Shown in pieces: positions 38,896 through 46,896 of a DNA stretch of 59,985 nt. The notes under the pieces were generated by a model that was not told where the DNA came from, ran no database searches, and was given only the letters and a program-made list of their open reading frames with translations. Location: sequence record OL539454.1; one strand, 5' to 3'. The translations under genes and the position numbers were made by a program. Position 1 is the first letter of the stretch; each line of letters starts with the position of its first letter. This DNA comes from Escherichia phage vB_EcoS_OddieOddie.

Positions 38896-39780
38896 TTACT
38901 GCTGCCACGGCGGGACTGCTGCTTGTGCCGGATGCGGTTCAGCTTGCTGCTGTGGCTGCGCTTGCTGCTGTGGTGCTGCTGCCTGGCCCGGCTGTGCTAC
39001 CTGCTGCGCCCACGGCTGCTGAGCTGCTTCCGGTGCTACTGGCTGTTGTACCGGAGCTTGCTGAACGGGCTGCTGCGGCGCTGCGTTTTGAGCAGGATTA
39101 TCCCACGGCTGCGGTGCTGCGTTCTGCCACGGTTGAGCTGCTGCGCCCTGCTGCGGTGCTGGTTGCTGCTGCACAGGTTGCTGAACTGGCTGCTGTTGCT
39201 GTACCGGAGCTTGCTGCTGTACAGGCGCTTGCTGTTGCTGAGCAAACGGGTTAGCTGCTGGCTGCTGTGGCGCTGCGCCCGGGAAAGTCGGTTGCTGTGC
39301 TGGCGCACCTGCACCAAACGGGTTAGCTACTGCTGGAGCACCCATTGATGGAGCCTCTGCTGCTTTTTCTGCATATTTAACCGGATCGTTGATGTTAGCG
39401 TAACCGTTAGGCTCGTTGCTGTCTTCATAACCTTCCTGAGAACGAACTTTCAGACGCAGGTTCAGCGGAATGTTATGCAATTGAGCAGGAGTATCCCAGC
39501 GAATTACACCAACTGCATGAGACAGAGCGCCCAGTTGCTCGTAAGCGATACGCACAGTATCTTCGTTGTCATTGATGACGTTATAACGAGCGAAGATTTT
39601 ACGACCTTTAGCAAAACCGTCAATGATGCTAAACGTTACCTGGATCGCCATACCGCCATTTTTGGTCGGTTTAAATTCAGATGCTTCAATTACTGCTTTA
39701 TACCAACCTTTCGGCAATGCGCCGTAAGAAGGTGCTTGATAGCTGCTCGCGTCAAAGTGGAAATTAGTTGGCATAGTCAT
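38896..39780 (-). CDS. putative ssDNA-binding protein with Gln/Pro/Ala-rich disordered tail
   Basis: 294-aa ORF; globular N-terminal domain then long QQQ/PVQQ/AP low-complexity region; upstream of a Sak4-like ATPase. Confidence 0.45.
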   Translation of the reverse strand: MTMPTNFHFDASSYQAPSYGALPKGWYKAVIEASEFKPTKNGGMAIQVTFSIIDGFAKGRKIFARYNVINDNEDTVRIAYEQLGALSHAVGVIRWDTPAQLHNIPLNLRLKVRSQEGYEDSNEPNGYANINDPVKYAEKAAEAPSMGAPAVANPFGAGAPAQQPTFPGAAPQQPAANPFAQQQQAPVQQQAPVQQQQPVQQPVQQQPAPQQGAAAQPWQNAAPQPWDNPAQNAAPQQPVQQAPVQQPVAPEAAQQPWAQQVAQPGQAAAPQQQAQPQQQAEPHPAQAAVPPWQQ

Positions 39781-40508
39781 TAGTTGATACCTTTCATTTT
39801 GTTGATAACAGAACCTAAGTGTGGGACTTCAACCGCATCTAAACGTCCCGAACGATCCTTAGCGATTGTATTAAAGTCCGGTTGAGTTTGCAAGTAACGA
39901 TATGAGTTACCTTGCTGATCCTTATTTACATTCAGACGAAACACTTCGTCGAAGAAGTAAGGGAGCATTTGCCCCAATTTGGACCCAGGCATAGATGGAG
40001 CATACGCGGTAACACCGGAGACTTCATCTTTGTCTTTGCCCATTTTAGCAGACATATAAACATGTTTGCCAGGAATATCGCGAAATTTACGGATCAGATC
40101 TTGCATCTTTTCAAGCAAAGTACCATAAGCTTGACGAGGATCTTTTGTTCCTTTTTTCGCATTGTTTAAACATTGTTCAGCAATTTCGCTCAAGCTGTCA
40201 AGCGCAATAGAATCGAAATACTGCTGGTTAGCTGGAGTTATACACCACTGATAAGCAGCTTCAACGTCCTCCAGACATTTAACTTCGATAACAGGAATGT
40301 CATAAACGATCGGCAATCCCATGTTACCATAAACGCGATTAAGGTTTTCCGCTGCAATAGATAACAGACCGGACTCTGCGCTGATCAAAATTGGTTTAGG
40401 TAGTGTGGCTACAAGGCTGGTTTTACCCATACCCGCTTCGCCGTAAACCAGAATTTTAACGCCTGTGTCTTGCACTACTTGTGAAGACATTTTAATTTCA
40501 ATGGCCAT
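39780..40508 (-). CDS. RecA-fold recombination ATPase (Sak4-like)
   Basis: 242-aa ORF with Walker A VYGEAGMGKTS; paired with the SSB-like gene. Confidence 0.55.
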   Translation of the reverse strand: MAIEIKMSSQVVQDTGVKILVYGEAGMGKTSLVATLPKPILISAESGLLSIAAENLNRVYGNMGLPIVYDIPVIEVKCLEDVEAAYQWCITPANQQYFDSIALDSLSEIAEQCLNNAKKGTKDPRQAYGTLLEKMQDLIRKFRDIPGKHVYMSAKMGKDKDEVSGVTAYAPSMPGSKLGQMLPYFFDEVFRLNVNKDQQGNSYRYLQTQPDFNTIAKDRSGRLDAVEVPHLGSVINKMKGIN

Positions 40509-40573
40509 TTAACGCCTCTCTTTTAAGTTCGTGCTCATTGTAACGTAATATACTTTGAACCCTCAATTACTTT

Positions 40574-41500
40574 TTAATCTAAAGCCTGATCAGTTTCATC
40601 GCGGAAATGCATAAAGTTAGCAAAACGCGGTTTATCTTTAACACCATGAGGGAAGTGTTTATATGAAATAGTCCGACCTTTAATCTTGTCAGGGTTATTC
40701 CAATAATAAATCTTATCCTCTTGCGTTAATTTACCAGGACTAACGTTGATTGTATTGCCCGTCTTAACGTCTTTACAAACAAGCGTCCCGATCATACCGT
40801 TAGGAACTTTATTTTCCTGATGTGAAGATCGTGTAGTCCTTCCCAGCTCGTTAACAGTAGCTTCATTAAGATTAGTTTCACCCTCAATAATATCGAGGAC
40901 AATAGCGTCTTCCTGAATAAAGCGTTTAATACGAAGATATCCACCTTCGCGAACTGTACCGCGCCCATGCTTATAAGGCTTTTCAGGATCGCGGATGATA
41001 ATACCTTCATAACCCATATCAAGCCAGATGTTTTCCCAGTAGAGCAGCTCTTGCAAAGACTTAACCACATACATCGGCACAACTTGCAGATCGAGCAATT
41101 CGCCTTTAGCGTGCTGTGTGGTTATAAAGTCTTTCATCATGTTGTAGCGTGCTTCATAGCCCAGCTCTGCAACACTTTCCGCGCACAGATCAAAGATGTG
41201 CCATTTCAGGAATGGTTCACCTTCAATTGTGTTTACCGCACTGGTTGTTTTACGGCACAGATCCGGGTCCGTTTCAACTCCTGCCGCAAGCTCACCATCA
41301 TAGCCCATGTATTGAGGACCGCTGAAAATCGCGCTTGTATGGCGGTTTTTAAACAGCTTTAAACTGCGCCCTACTATTTGCCCATCCGGATTTAAACCGC
41401 GCACACCGTCGATTTTGGGCAGTATGCAGCACGGAAACTTAATCTTTTCTTCAACCGCGTCAGTCGCTAAATGTGGTTTGAATGCCATTGTTAACCTCAT
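40574..41500 (-). CDS. ATP-dependent DNA ligase
   Basis: 308-aa ORF with adenylation motif I KIDGVRG near N-terminus. Confidence 0.65.
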   Translation of the reverse strand: MRLTMAFKPHLATDAVEEKIKFPCCILPKIDGVRGLNPDGQIVGRSLKLFKNRHTSAIFSGPQYMGYDGELAAGVETDPDLCRKTTSAVNTIEGEPFLKWHIFDLCAESVAELGYEARYNMMKDFITTQHAKGELLDLQVVPMYVVKSLQELLYWENIWLDMGYEGIIIRDPEKPYKHGRGTVREGGYLRIKRFIQEDAIVLDIIEGETNLNEATVNELGRTTRSSHQENKVPNGMIGTLVCKDVKTGNTINVSPGKLTQEDKIYYWNNPDKIKGRTISYKHFPHGVKDKPRFANFMHFRDETDQALD

Positions 41501-42120
41501 TCATAATAATCATGTTGATGGGAACTGCTGCGTATACCGCAACGTTCTAAAAGTATTGCAGCTTTTTGAGCTTTCTCTTTCATACGGGTATTACGGCGTA
41601 AATGTCCGCTACCCTTTTTAGGTCTGTTTTCCTTTTTCTTTGCTTCGGAAATAAGCTCTTTGCATTCCTGCAAACGGATCTTGCTTCTTTCCAATCGCAT
41701 AGCAGAACGCGCACGTTCATCACAAAATCTTTGAGCTTTGCTACGCTGGTCCTGATTACTTGTATGACCTTTAACGTGGCGAAACTCAATAGTAAGGTTA
41801 TATTTACGAAGTTGATCGTTCAACCATTTGAAAGCTGTACCTTCCTGTTCGCTTTTCCAGCTTGCCTCTTTATACACTTTAATAGCTGTTGAGCAATCTG
41901 TTTGCACAATTAAATGATCACCCGATTGAATTAAATTAGCTTTCAATCCTTCCCAAATGACATTACAAATTGCCATTGTTTCAGCTGCATTGTTATCCGG
42001 AGCACCGCGTAATGGGCCACCATTAGCATTATTTCCACGGTTACAGACTACCCATCCACCATATCCCGCGGCTTTTGTATTTGGGCAAAAACTTGCATCA
42101 GAAATAATTGTTACTCTCAT
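41497..42120 (-). CDS. RNase H-like protein
   Basis: 207-aa ORF with RNase HI-like acidic residues (ISDASF, ETMAI, QTDCSTAI) and HVKGHT. Confidence 0.45.
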   Translation of the reverse strand: MRVTIISDASFCPNTKAAGYGGWVVCNRGNNANGGPLRGAPDNNAAETMAICNVIWEGLKANLIQSGDHLIVQTDCSTAIKVYKEASWKSEQEGTAFKWLNDQLRKYNLTIEFRHVKGHTSNQDQRSKAQRFCDERARSAMRLERSKIRLQECKELISEAKKKENRPKKGSGHLRRNTRMKEKAQKAAILLERCGIRSSSHQHDYYE

Positions 42121-42164
42121 TGTTTTTCCTTAATAAAAAGGGGGTCGAAAGACCCCCTTGTAAG

Positions 42165-42395
42165 TTATGCAGGAATAGATTCTTCCGGTTCTTCAGGGAT
42201 CACGATTTCAATCTCTTCTTCATTTTGGAAGGTTAGACGGAAACCATCTCCTGGGCGCCCGAAAGCAAAGGTAAGGGCTATCGTATTATCCTGCTCGTAA
42301 TGACAGATACTTTCTACTTTCATTTCGTTACCGTAAAAGTCACGGTAAACCATTCCAGGAAGTGCATCAGTCGCTTTGATCTTTCTTACAGCCAT
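42165..42395 (-). CDS. hypothetical protein
   Basis: 76-aa ORF. Confidence 0.4.
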   Translation of the reverse strand: MAVRKIKATDALPGMVYRDFYGNEMKVESICHYEQDNTIALTFAFGRPGDGFRLTFQNEEEIEIVIPEEPEESIPA

Positions 42396-42407
42396 TATTC
42401 CCCCCGT

Positions 42408-43199
42408 TTATAATTTGTCTTTGAACTCTTCGATATATTTCTCAATCGGGTACTGTTTGCGTTTGAAACGATCAAACAAAATCTTAGCAGCTTTTACCTC
42501 CTCTTTATTCTCCTTATTTGCGCCCGGTACCATAAAGTCATGCCATGTGAAACCGTTCAGAGTATACATGTTTGCAATGTGTTTATTGTAACGGCTTTCC
42601 CAGTCTACACGCGGACCTTCCATTGTGCGCAAACCGCGTCCAAGAACTTGGTCATATACATCTTTCTGACGTTGTACAGCTTCACCATTATAAGGTCCGG
42701 TTTTAAACTCAACAACACTACCGTTAAGATCTGCACCATCTGCAAAATTTTGCAACAGAGTGTCAATAACGTCATTGAACGTCTGGACCATCACTTTTCC
42801 CTGAGCAATACCTGCCAAATAACCGACGTTTTCTTCACCGTACAACTCAATCAGTTCTTTCTTGGTCGCTTCTGCTTCTTTGATTGCGGACAAAGCCAAC
42901 ATCTGTTGTTCGAACATGTACTCCTGTTCCAGGAAGTGCGTATATCGCTCTTCATCCACTTTGCAGACAATCCATTTGTATTCAACATCCTTACTGAAGT
43001 CCGGATACTGATCTACTTCTACTACTTCCGTAGTGAAGAACTTGCCGTTGTATTGAATAACAACAGTATCACCAGGCTGCAATTGATCGCTTTCCAGAGC
43101 ACGGTAGGTATAAAGACGACCACCTGCTTCAAACTTAACTTTGACAGTTACAACACCTTTTAACAGGGCATGATAAGCTTTCTGAAATTCTTTACGCAT
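42408..43199 (-). CDS. hypothetical protein
   Basis: 263-aa ORF in replication arm. Confidence 0.45.
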   Translation of the reverse strand: MRKEFQKAYHALLKGVVTVKVKFEAGGRLYTYRALESDQLQPGDTVVIQYNGKFFTTEVVEVDQYPDFSKDVEYKWIVCKVDEERYTHFLEQEYMFEQQMLALSAIKEAEATKKELIELYGEENVGYLAGIAQGKVMVQTFNDVIDTLLQNFADGADLNGSVVEFKTGPYNGEAVQRQKDVYDQVLGRGLRTMEGPRVDWESRYNKHIANMYTLNGFTWHDFMVPGANKENKEEVKAAKILFDRFKRKQYPIEKYIEEFKDKL

Positions 43200-43240
43200 T
43201 TTAGTTTCCTCTTGGGCGGATACACCGCCCTTTGATATGG

Positions 43241-43651
43241 TTAGGCTTTGTTCGGAACAATTTCCAGAGATGCTGAACCAACTTTCGATTCAACGCACTG
43301 GTTGAAGACTGCCGCTTGTTCTGCTGTAAGTTTGCGCCAAGCTGCAACTTTCAATACAGGTTTATTTTCCACAAGCTGGTCAACGTTAACACCAACTTTA
43401 ATCAAATCACCCAGGATTCCGTTAAGGCTTGGAAGATCAATCTTACGATCAATCTTGTGGGTCATTTTCATAACCCCGCCAGTAATCTCAACTTTATTAG
43501 TCCCCTCAGACGGCGCTGGGAAATAGGACTTAATAATCTTATCACGGAGTGCTCGCTCACGAGCTTGCAGCTTCTGCAATTCCGCTTTAGTTTTATACCA
43601 CTCAATTACATCTGCTTCTGTTGCTTGTACTGCTTTATCTGCGTCGAACAT
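43241..43651 (-). CDS. hypothetical protein
   Basis: 136-aa ORF. Confidence 0.45.
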   Translation of the reverse strand: MFDADKAVQATEADVIEWYKTKAELQKLQARERALRDKIIKSYFPAPSEGTNKVEITGGVMKMTHKIDRKIDLPSLNGILGDLIKVGVNVDQLVENKPVLKVAAWRKLTAEQAAVFNQCVESKVGSASLEIVPNKA

Positions 43652-43912
43652 TTTTATATCCTCTGTGTTGTTTCGATGTAGCTATAGTAACACATCCATG
43701 TGTTTGGGCAAGACTCAATCTGTATCAATTAATCTTTTTAAACGGATTAGTAATCTAGCAACCTTCCTCCATTCAGCATCCTCCATTAATGGTGAAGGCT
43801 TATACGCTTCAGGTATCGGACAAGGTATATAGGGTTCCATGTCAGATATTACTTGCTTTGATAACTTTTTCTTCCGTTTACCCATAAATAGCCTATTTCA
43901 AATAGCGGCAAG

Positions 43913-44548
43913 TCATAATTGGATGCAAAGACACTTCTTCTCAGATGTAACCACATCAGTCGCAGGTACAAAGTTGTTGGACTGCTCGTCTCCAAGTTTC
44001 CACCCTTTGCCGTTACCCTTTTTAAGTTCGCCCGTACCAGTGGACCCAAAGCCATTAGCACCGCGCTCGGTTGTTTTAAGCTCGTCTACTTCTACCAGTT
44101 GCACGCAAGGCACCTTGATAAGCATAGCTTGCGCAATACGGTCACCATGACTAACAGTAAAGCCCCAATTGCTATCGATGGTAAGTTTGACCTTAACTTC
44201 CCCAGTGTAGTCGCTGTCAATAACGCCTACACAGTTAGCTAAGCGAACGTCATTTTTAAACCCGTGACCGCTACGGGAATACACCATAAGTGCATATCCT
44301 TTAGGGATATCAAATGCTAAACCTGTTCGGAATATGTAGTCACCTGAGAAAATAATTTGTTCACATCCATCTTCACTCTTAAGGTCCGCGTGCAGGTCAA
44401 AGCAAGCTGCCCCAGCACTAGCAAACACTGGCAGAATAGCGGTGTCCGTTAAGCGTTTTACCCATAGTGGTATTGTGCTTAATGCTGAGGCAAATTTTTC
44501 AACATCAATTGCATAAGAACTTTGTGTGGTATTTAATACGTCAGTCAT
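43913..44548 (-). CDS. dut: dUTP diphosphatase
   Basis: 211-aa ORF with dUTPase motifs SRSGHG, GVIDSDYTGEV, GDRIAQ, RGANGFGSTG. Confidence 0.8.
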   Translation of the reverse strand: MTDVLNTTQSSYAIDVEKFASALSTIPLWVKRLTDTAILPVFASAGAACFDLHADLKSEDGCEQIIFSGDYIFRTGLAFDIPKGYALMVYSRSGHGFKNDVRLANCVGVIDSDYTGEVKVKLTIDSNWGFTVSHGDRIAQAMLIKVPCVQLVEVDELKTTERGANGFGSTGTGELKKGNGKGWKLGDEQSNNFVPATDVVTSEKKCLCIQL

Positions 44549-44560
44549 AATTTCACCTTA

Positions 44561-45034
44561 TTAAGAATATGTACCTGTTTGAACAATGTGGCTAATAGCA
44601 TGTGCTCTGAAGATTTCTCTAAAATCTTCAAGCTCTATTGTAGCGCGAATCGGTTCCTTCTTGATATAATAATTGAACTCATTAATATCAAAGACGGAAG
44701 GATTCATACATATAACAACTTTCCAACCAGCTCTAGGAATCTTATACATTAAGACCGGAATTTTATTACATTCACGTGCAGACTTAACAGTTTGCTTCCA
44801 CCATGTATTAACAGCAAGAGTTGCATGGTTTTTAATCTCTACACAATATTGACAAGTGTTATCAATGTCCGCACCACCTACAGCCGATTGATTCTGTCGT
44901 CTTTGTGCGATAGGTTTAGGTGGTAAAGGTCTACCGATAAGCTCATGTACTTCAGCATAAATATCGTTGAAAAAATCACAAGCTTCTCGTTCCGCACGCT
45001 GACCCTTTTGTCGTATGTTAACCATGATTCGCAA
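44561..45034 (-). CDS. small PD-(D/E)XK-type nuclease candidate
   Basis: 157-aa ORF with GGADID ... VEIKN (D...ExK pattern). Confidence 0.4.
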   Translation of the reverse strand: MRIMVNIRQKGQRAEREACDFFNDIYAEVHELIGRPLPPKPIAQRRQNQSAVGGADIDNTCQYCVEIKNHATLAVNTWWKQTVKSARECNKIPVLMYKIPRAGWKVVICMNPSVFDINEFNYYIKKEPIRATIELEDFREIFRAHAISHIVQTGTYS

Positions 45035-45503
45035 ATTCCTTATGTAATTCTAATCTTTTAGACTTAACCCAACTTTTAGCAGATTGTAAACCTTCAGGTG
45101 TAAAATCAAAATATTTTGATACCAAAACACCTCTTACGTGTAGGTTTGCATAATAAACTTGGATACCGTTATGTTTTGCAATGGTGACGCATTTAACTCC
45201 TGTTTTTGAGTCTTTACGAATAACCATATTATAATTGTTCTGTGAACGATCTGCCAGTCTAAGATTTTCTATTCTGTTATCGTCTTTAACTCCATTAATA
45301 TGATCTATCACCATCCCTTCAGGTATAGGTCCGTTAAAGTATTGCCATATTAACCTGTGAGCAAAATAAAACCTCTTATCAATCTTGCCTTGAATATAAC
45401 CGTCCTGACGTTTTGTACCAAATGGTCTTTTATTATAGCCGTTTTTATTTCTTTGAAACAATTTACCGTCTATATAAATAAAGCGTTCGTTTACATTGAT
45501 CAT
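45018..45503 (-). CDS. HNH homing endonuclease
   Basis: 161-aa ORF with DHINGVKDDNRIENLRL HNH motif and AP2-like C-terminal region; preceded by a terminator-like hairpin. Confidence 0.7.
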   Translation of the reverse strand: MINVNERFIYIDGKLFQRNKNGYNKRPFGTKRQDGYIQGKIDKRFYFAHRLIWQYFNGPIPEGMVIDHINGVKDDNRIENLRLADRSQNNYNMVIRKDSKTGVKCVTIAKHNGIQVYYANLHVRGVLVSKYFDFTPEGLQSAKSWVKSKRLELHKEFANHG

Positions 45504-45550
45504 ATCGACCTCCTTTATATTATTTTAATATGAAGTCAAATCAACCTCAA

Positions 45551-45583
45551 TAAAAAAGCGCAACGTTTTCACGCTGCGCTTAG
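45551..45583 (-). terminator. possible leftward terminator upstream of HNH gene
   Basis: AGCGCAACG-TTTTCAC-CGCTGCGCT imperfect hairpin (8 of 9 pairs) with A-run on plus side (T-run for leftward transcript). Confidence 0.4.
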
Positions 45584-45886
45584 TTTAGATAAGGTACTTG
45601 ACTATTCAGCTTCCCCTATCACCGGTAAATTGTACAGCCTCGCCAAAGGCTGGTGACGGTTTGGTACATCTGGCGCCGTCGCGTTAAACATCGTTCACAT
45701 CGTTCAGTAAGTTGCGGGTTTATCCTGTTCGCTCCAGGAAGCCCAGCGAAAGTAGTTGCTGTAAGGAGGTACAGCTACCGCTTTCAAGGGCTTGAGTTAA
45801 GCATCGTTCACTAAGTTAATGTTGTTAAATTGTTAAACCTCGTTAACTGTGGTTATCTTAAAGGATGCAGTCTTGAATGGCAAGCT

Positions 45887-46204
45887 TCAATTTTGCGCGG
45901 TTCCCTTTGCCGCTTTTAGTGCTAAAGTACCATCATTTAACATCAACTCAAAACCTGTTACTTGATCGGTTGGAACAATAGGGTAATTCATAATAGCCAT
46001 GTGGATACGACACCCTCCATCACATTCGTCGATGTATTCACTACCCCAATAGTATAAATGACCATCTCTTCGAATATCCATTGCTGTAGGGAAATCTACA
46101 AGAATTCTTTTGATTTCTTTTCGTCCTTCTTTATGCAGATTAGTTTCAATACGGATAAGCTCCGCATAAATTGCTTCACAGATAGTATTTACAATTCCCA
46201 TCAT
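45887..46204 (-). CDS. hypothetical protein
   Basis: 105-aa ORF. Confidence 0.4.
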   Translation of the reverse strand: MMGIVNTICEAIYAELIRIETNLHKEGRKEIKRILVDFPTAMDIRRDGHLYYWGSEYIDECDGGCRIHMAIMNYPIVPTDQVTGFELMLNDGTLALKAAKGTAQN

Positions 46205-46572
46205 TTACCCCTTAAGTTTTGAATCATTCTATCGCAGGCAGCTTTTACAGAAGAGTTCTGCCAGTCTTCTTCAATTTGTGAAGGTTCTTCAGGCGAATAA
46301 GCAGCACTAATTAAACACTGATTATAACCTTCAATATAAGCCTGTTTTGCGGTATCTAATATTGCTTGTAAAGCAATATTAGATAATTGTTGATCCATCT
46401 CACACCTCACAGAATATACATAAACCAGAAGTAACCAGCTACGAAAATAGCACCCGCAAATAATTTTAAAAGCTCGAACATTGTTCCCTCCGTTAACTTT
46501 ATGCTGTAAGTATAGCAGGACTTGAGATGTATGCAACAACTTTAGACTTGAAATGCATCTATAAAATAGCAC
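46201..46572 (-). CDS. hypothetical protein
   Basis: 123-aa ORF coupled to downstream gene. Confidence 0.4.
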   Translation of the reverse strand: MLFYRCISSLKLLHTSQVLLYLQHKVNGGNNVRAFKIICGCYFRSWLLLVYVYSVRCEMDQQLSNIALQAILDTAKQAYIEGYNQCLISAAYSPEEPSQIEEDWQNSSVKAACDRMIQNLRGK

Positions 46573-46639
46573 GATTTGCCTTTACATCTGATCAGTCTAA
46601 CTGTACTATTAACTCATAAGCAAAACGGAGGATTACAAA

Positions 46640-46864
46640 ATGGTCATGCTGAATAAAGTATATAGCACAATGGGCGCGGATTATAAAGTTGTACGTCACC
46701 CGCGTACTGGCAAATTTGAAGCATATATCCGTCCAATGGGTGAAGGTTGGATGTATTACGGTACTTATGACGACGCTGAGCAAGCTTATGAAGAAGCGGA
46801 AAGTGCAGCGGAAGCATCCGAAATTATGGCAAGGTACGACGTCGATGATTACTATCTCAACTAA
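46640..46864 (+). CDS. small acidic hypothetical protein on the opposite strand
   Basis: 74-aa ORF with SD ACGGAGGA, promoter-like TTTACA-N17-TACTAT upstream, terminator immediately downstream. Confidence 0.45.
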   Translation: MVMLNKVYSTMGADYKVVRHPRTGKFEAYIRPMGEGWMYYGTYDDAEQAYEEAESAAEASEIMARYDVDDYYLN

Positions 46865-46865
46865 C

Positions 46866-46896
46866 AATAAAGGGCCTTTCGGCCCTTTATTTATTT
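46866..46896. terminator. bidirectional terminator
   Basis: AAGGGCC-TTTC-GGCCCTT hairpin with TATTTATTT downstream and A-run upstream; abuts the primase stop codon. Confidence 0.6.

Noticed and set aside
38923-39348. Plus-strand ORFs (141 and 109 aa) and a minus-strand 93-aa ORF in the CAG/CTG repeat region
   Set aside because: They are artefacts of the repetitive DNA encoding the Gln/Pro/Ala tail of the SSB-like protein; Leu/Arg/Cys-rich nonsense
45584-45886. Possible tRNA or group I intron next to the HNH gene
   Set aside because: No T-loop GTTCGA/GGTTC-type or cloverleaf signature could be found by eye, and flanking ORFs do not look like split exons of one gene; left as unexplained noncoding DNA
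46592-46867. 91-aa minus-strand ORF
   Set aside because: It competes with the plus-strand 74-aa ORF, which has a strong SD, promoter-like element and natural composition; the minus ORF is hydrophobic with Phe/Cys-rich low complexity
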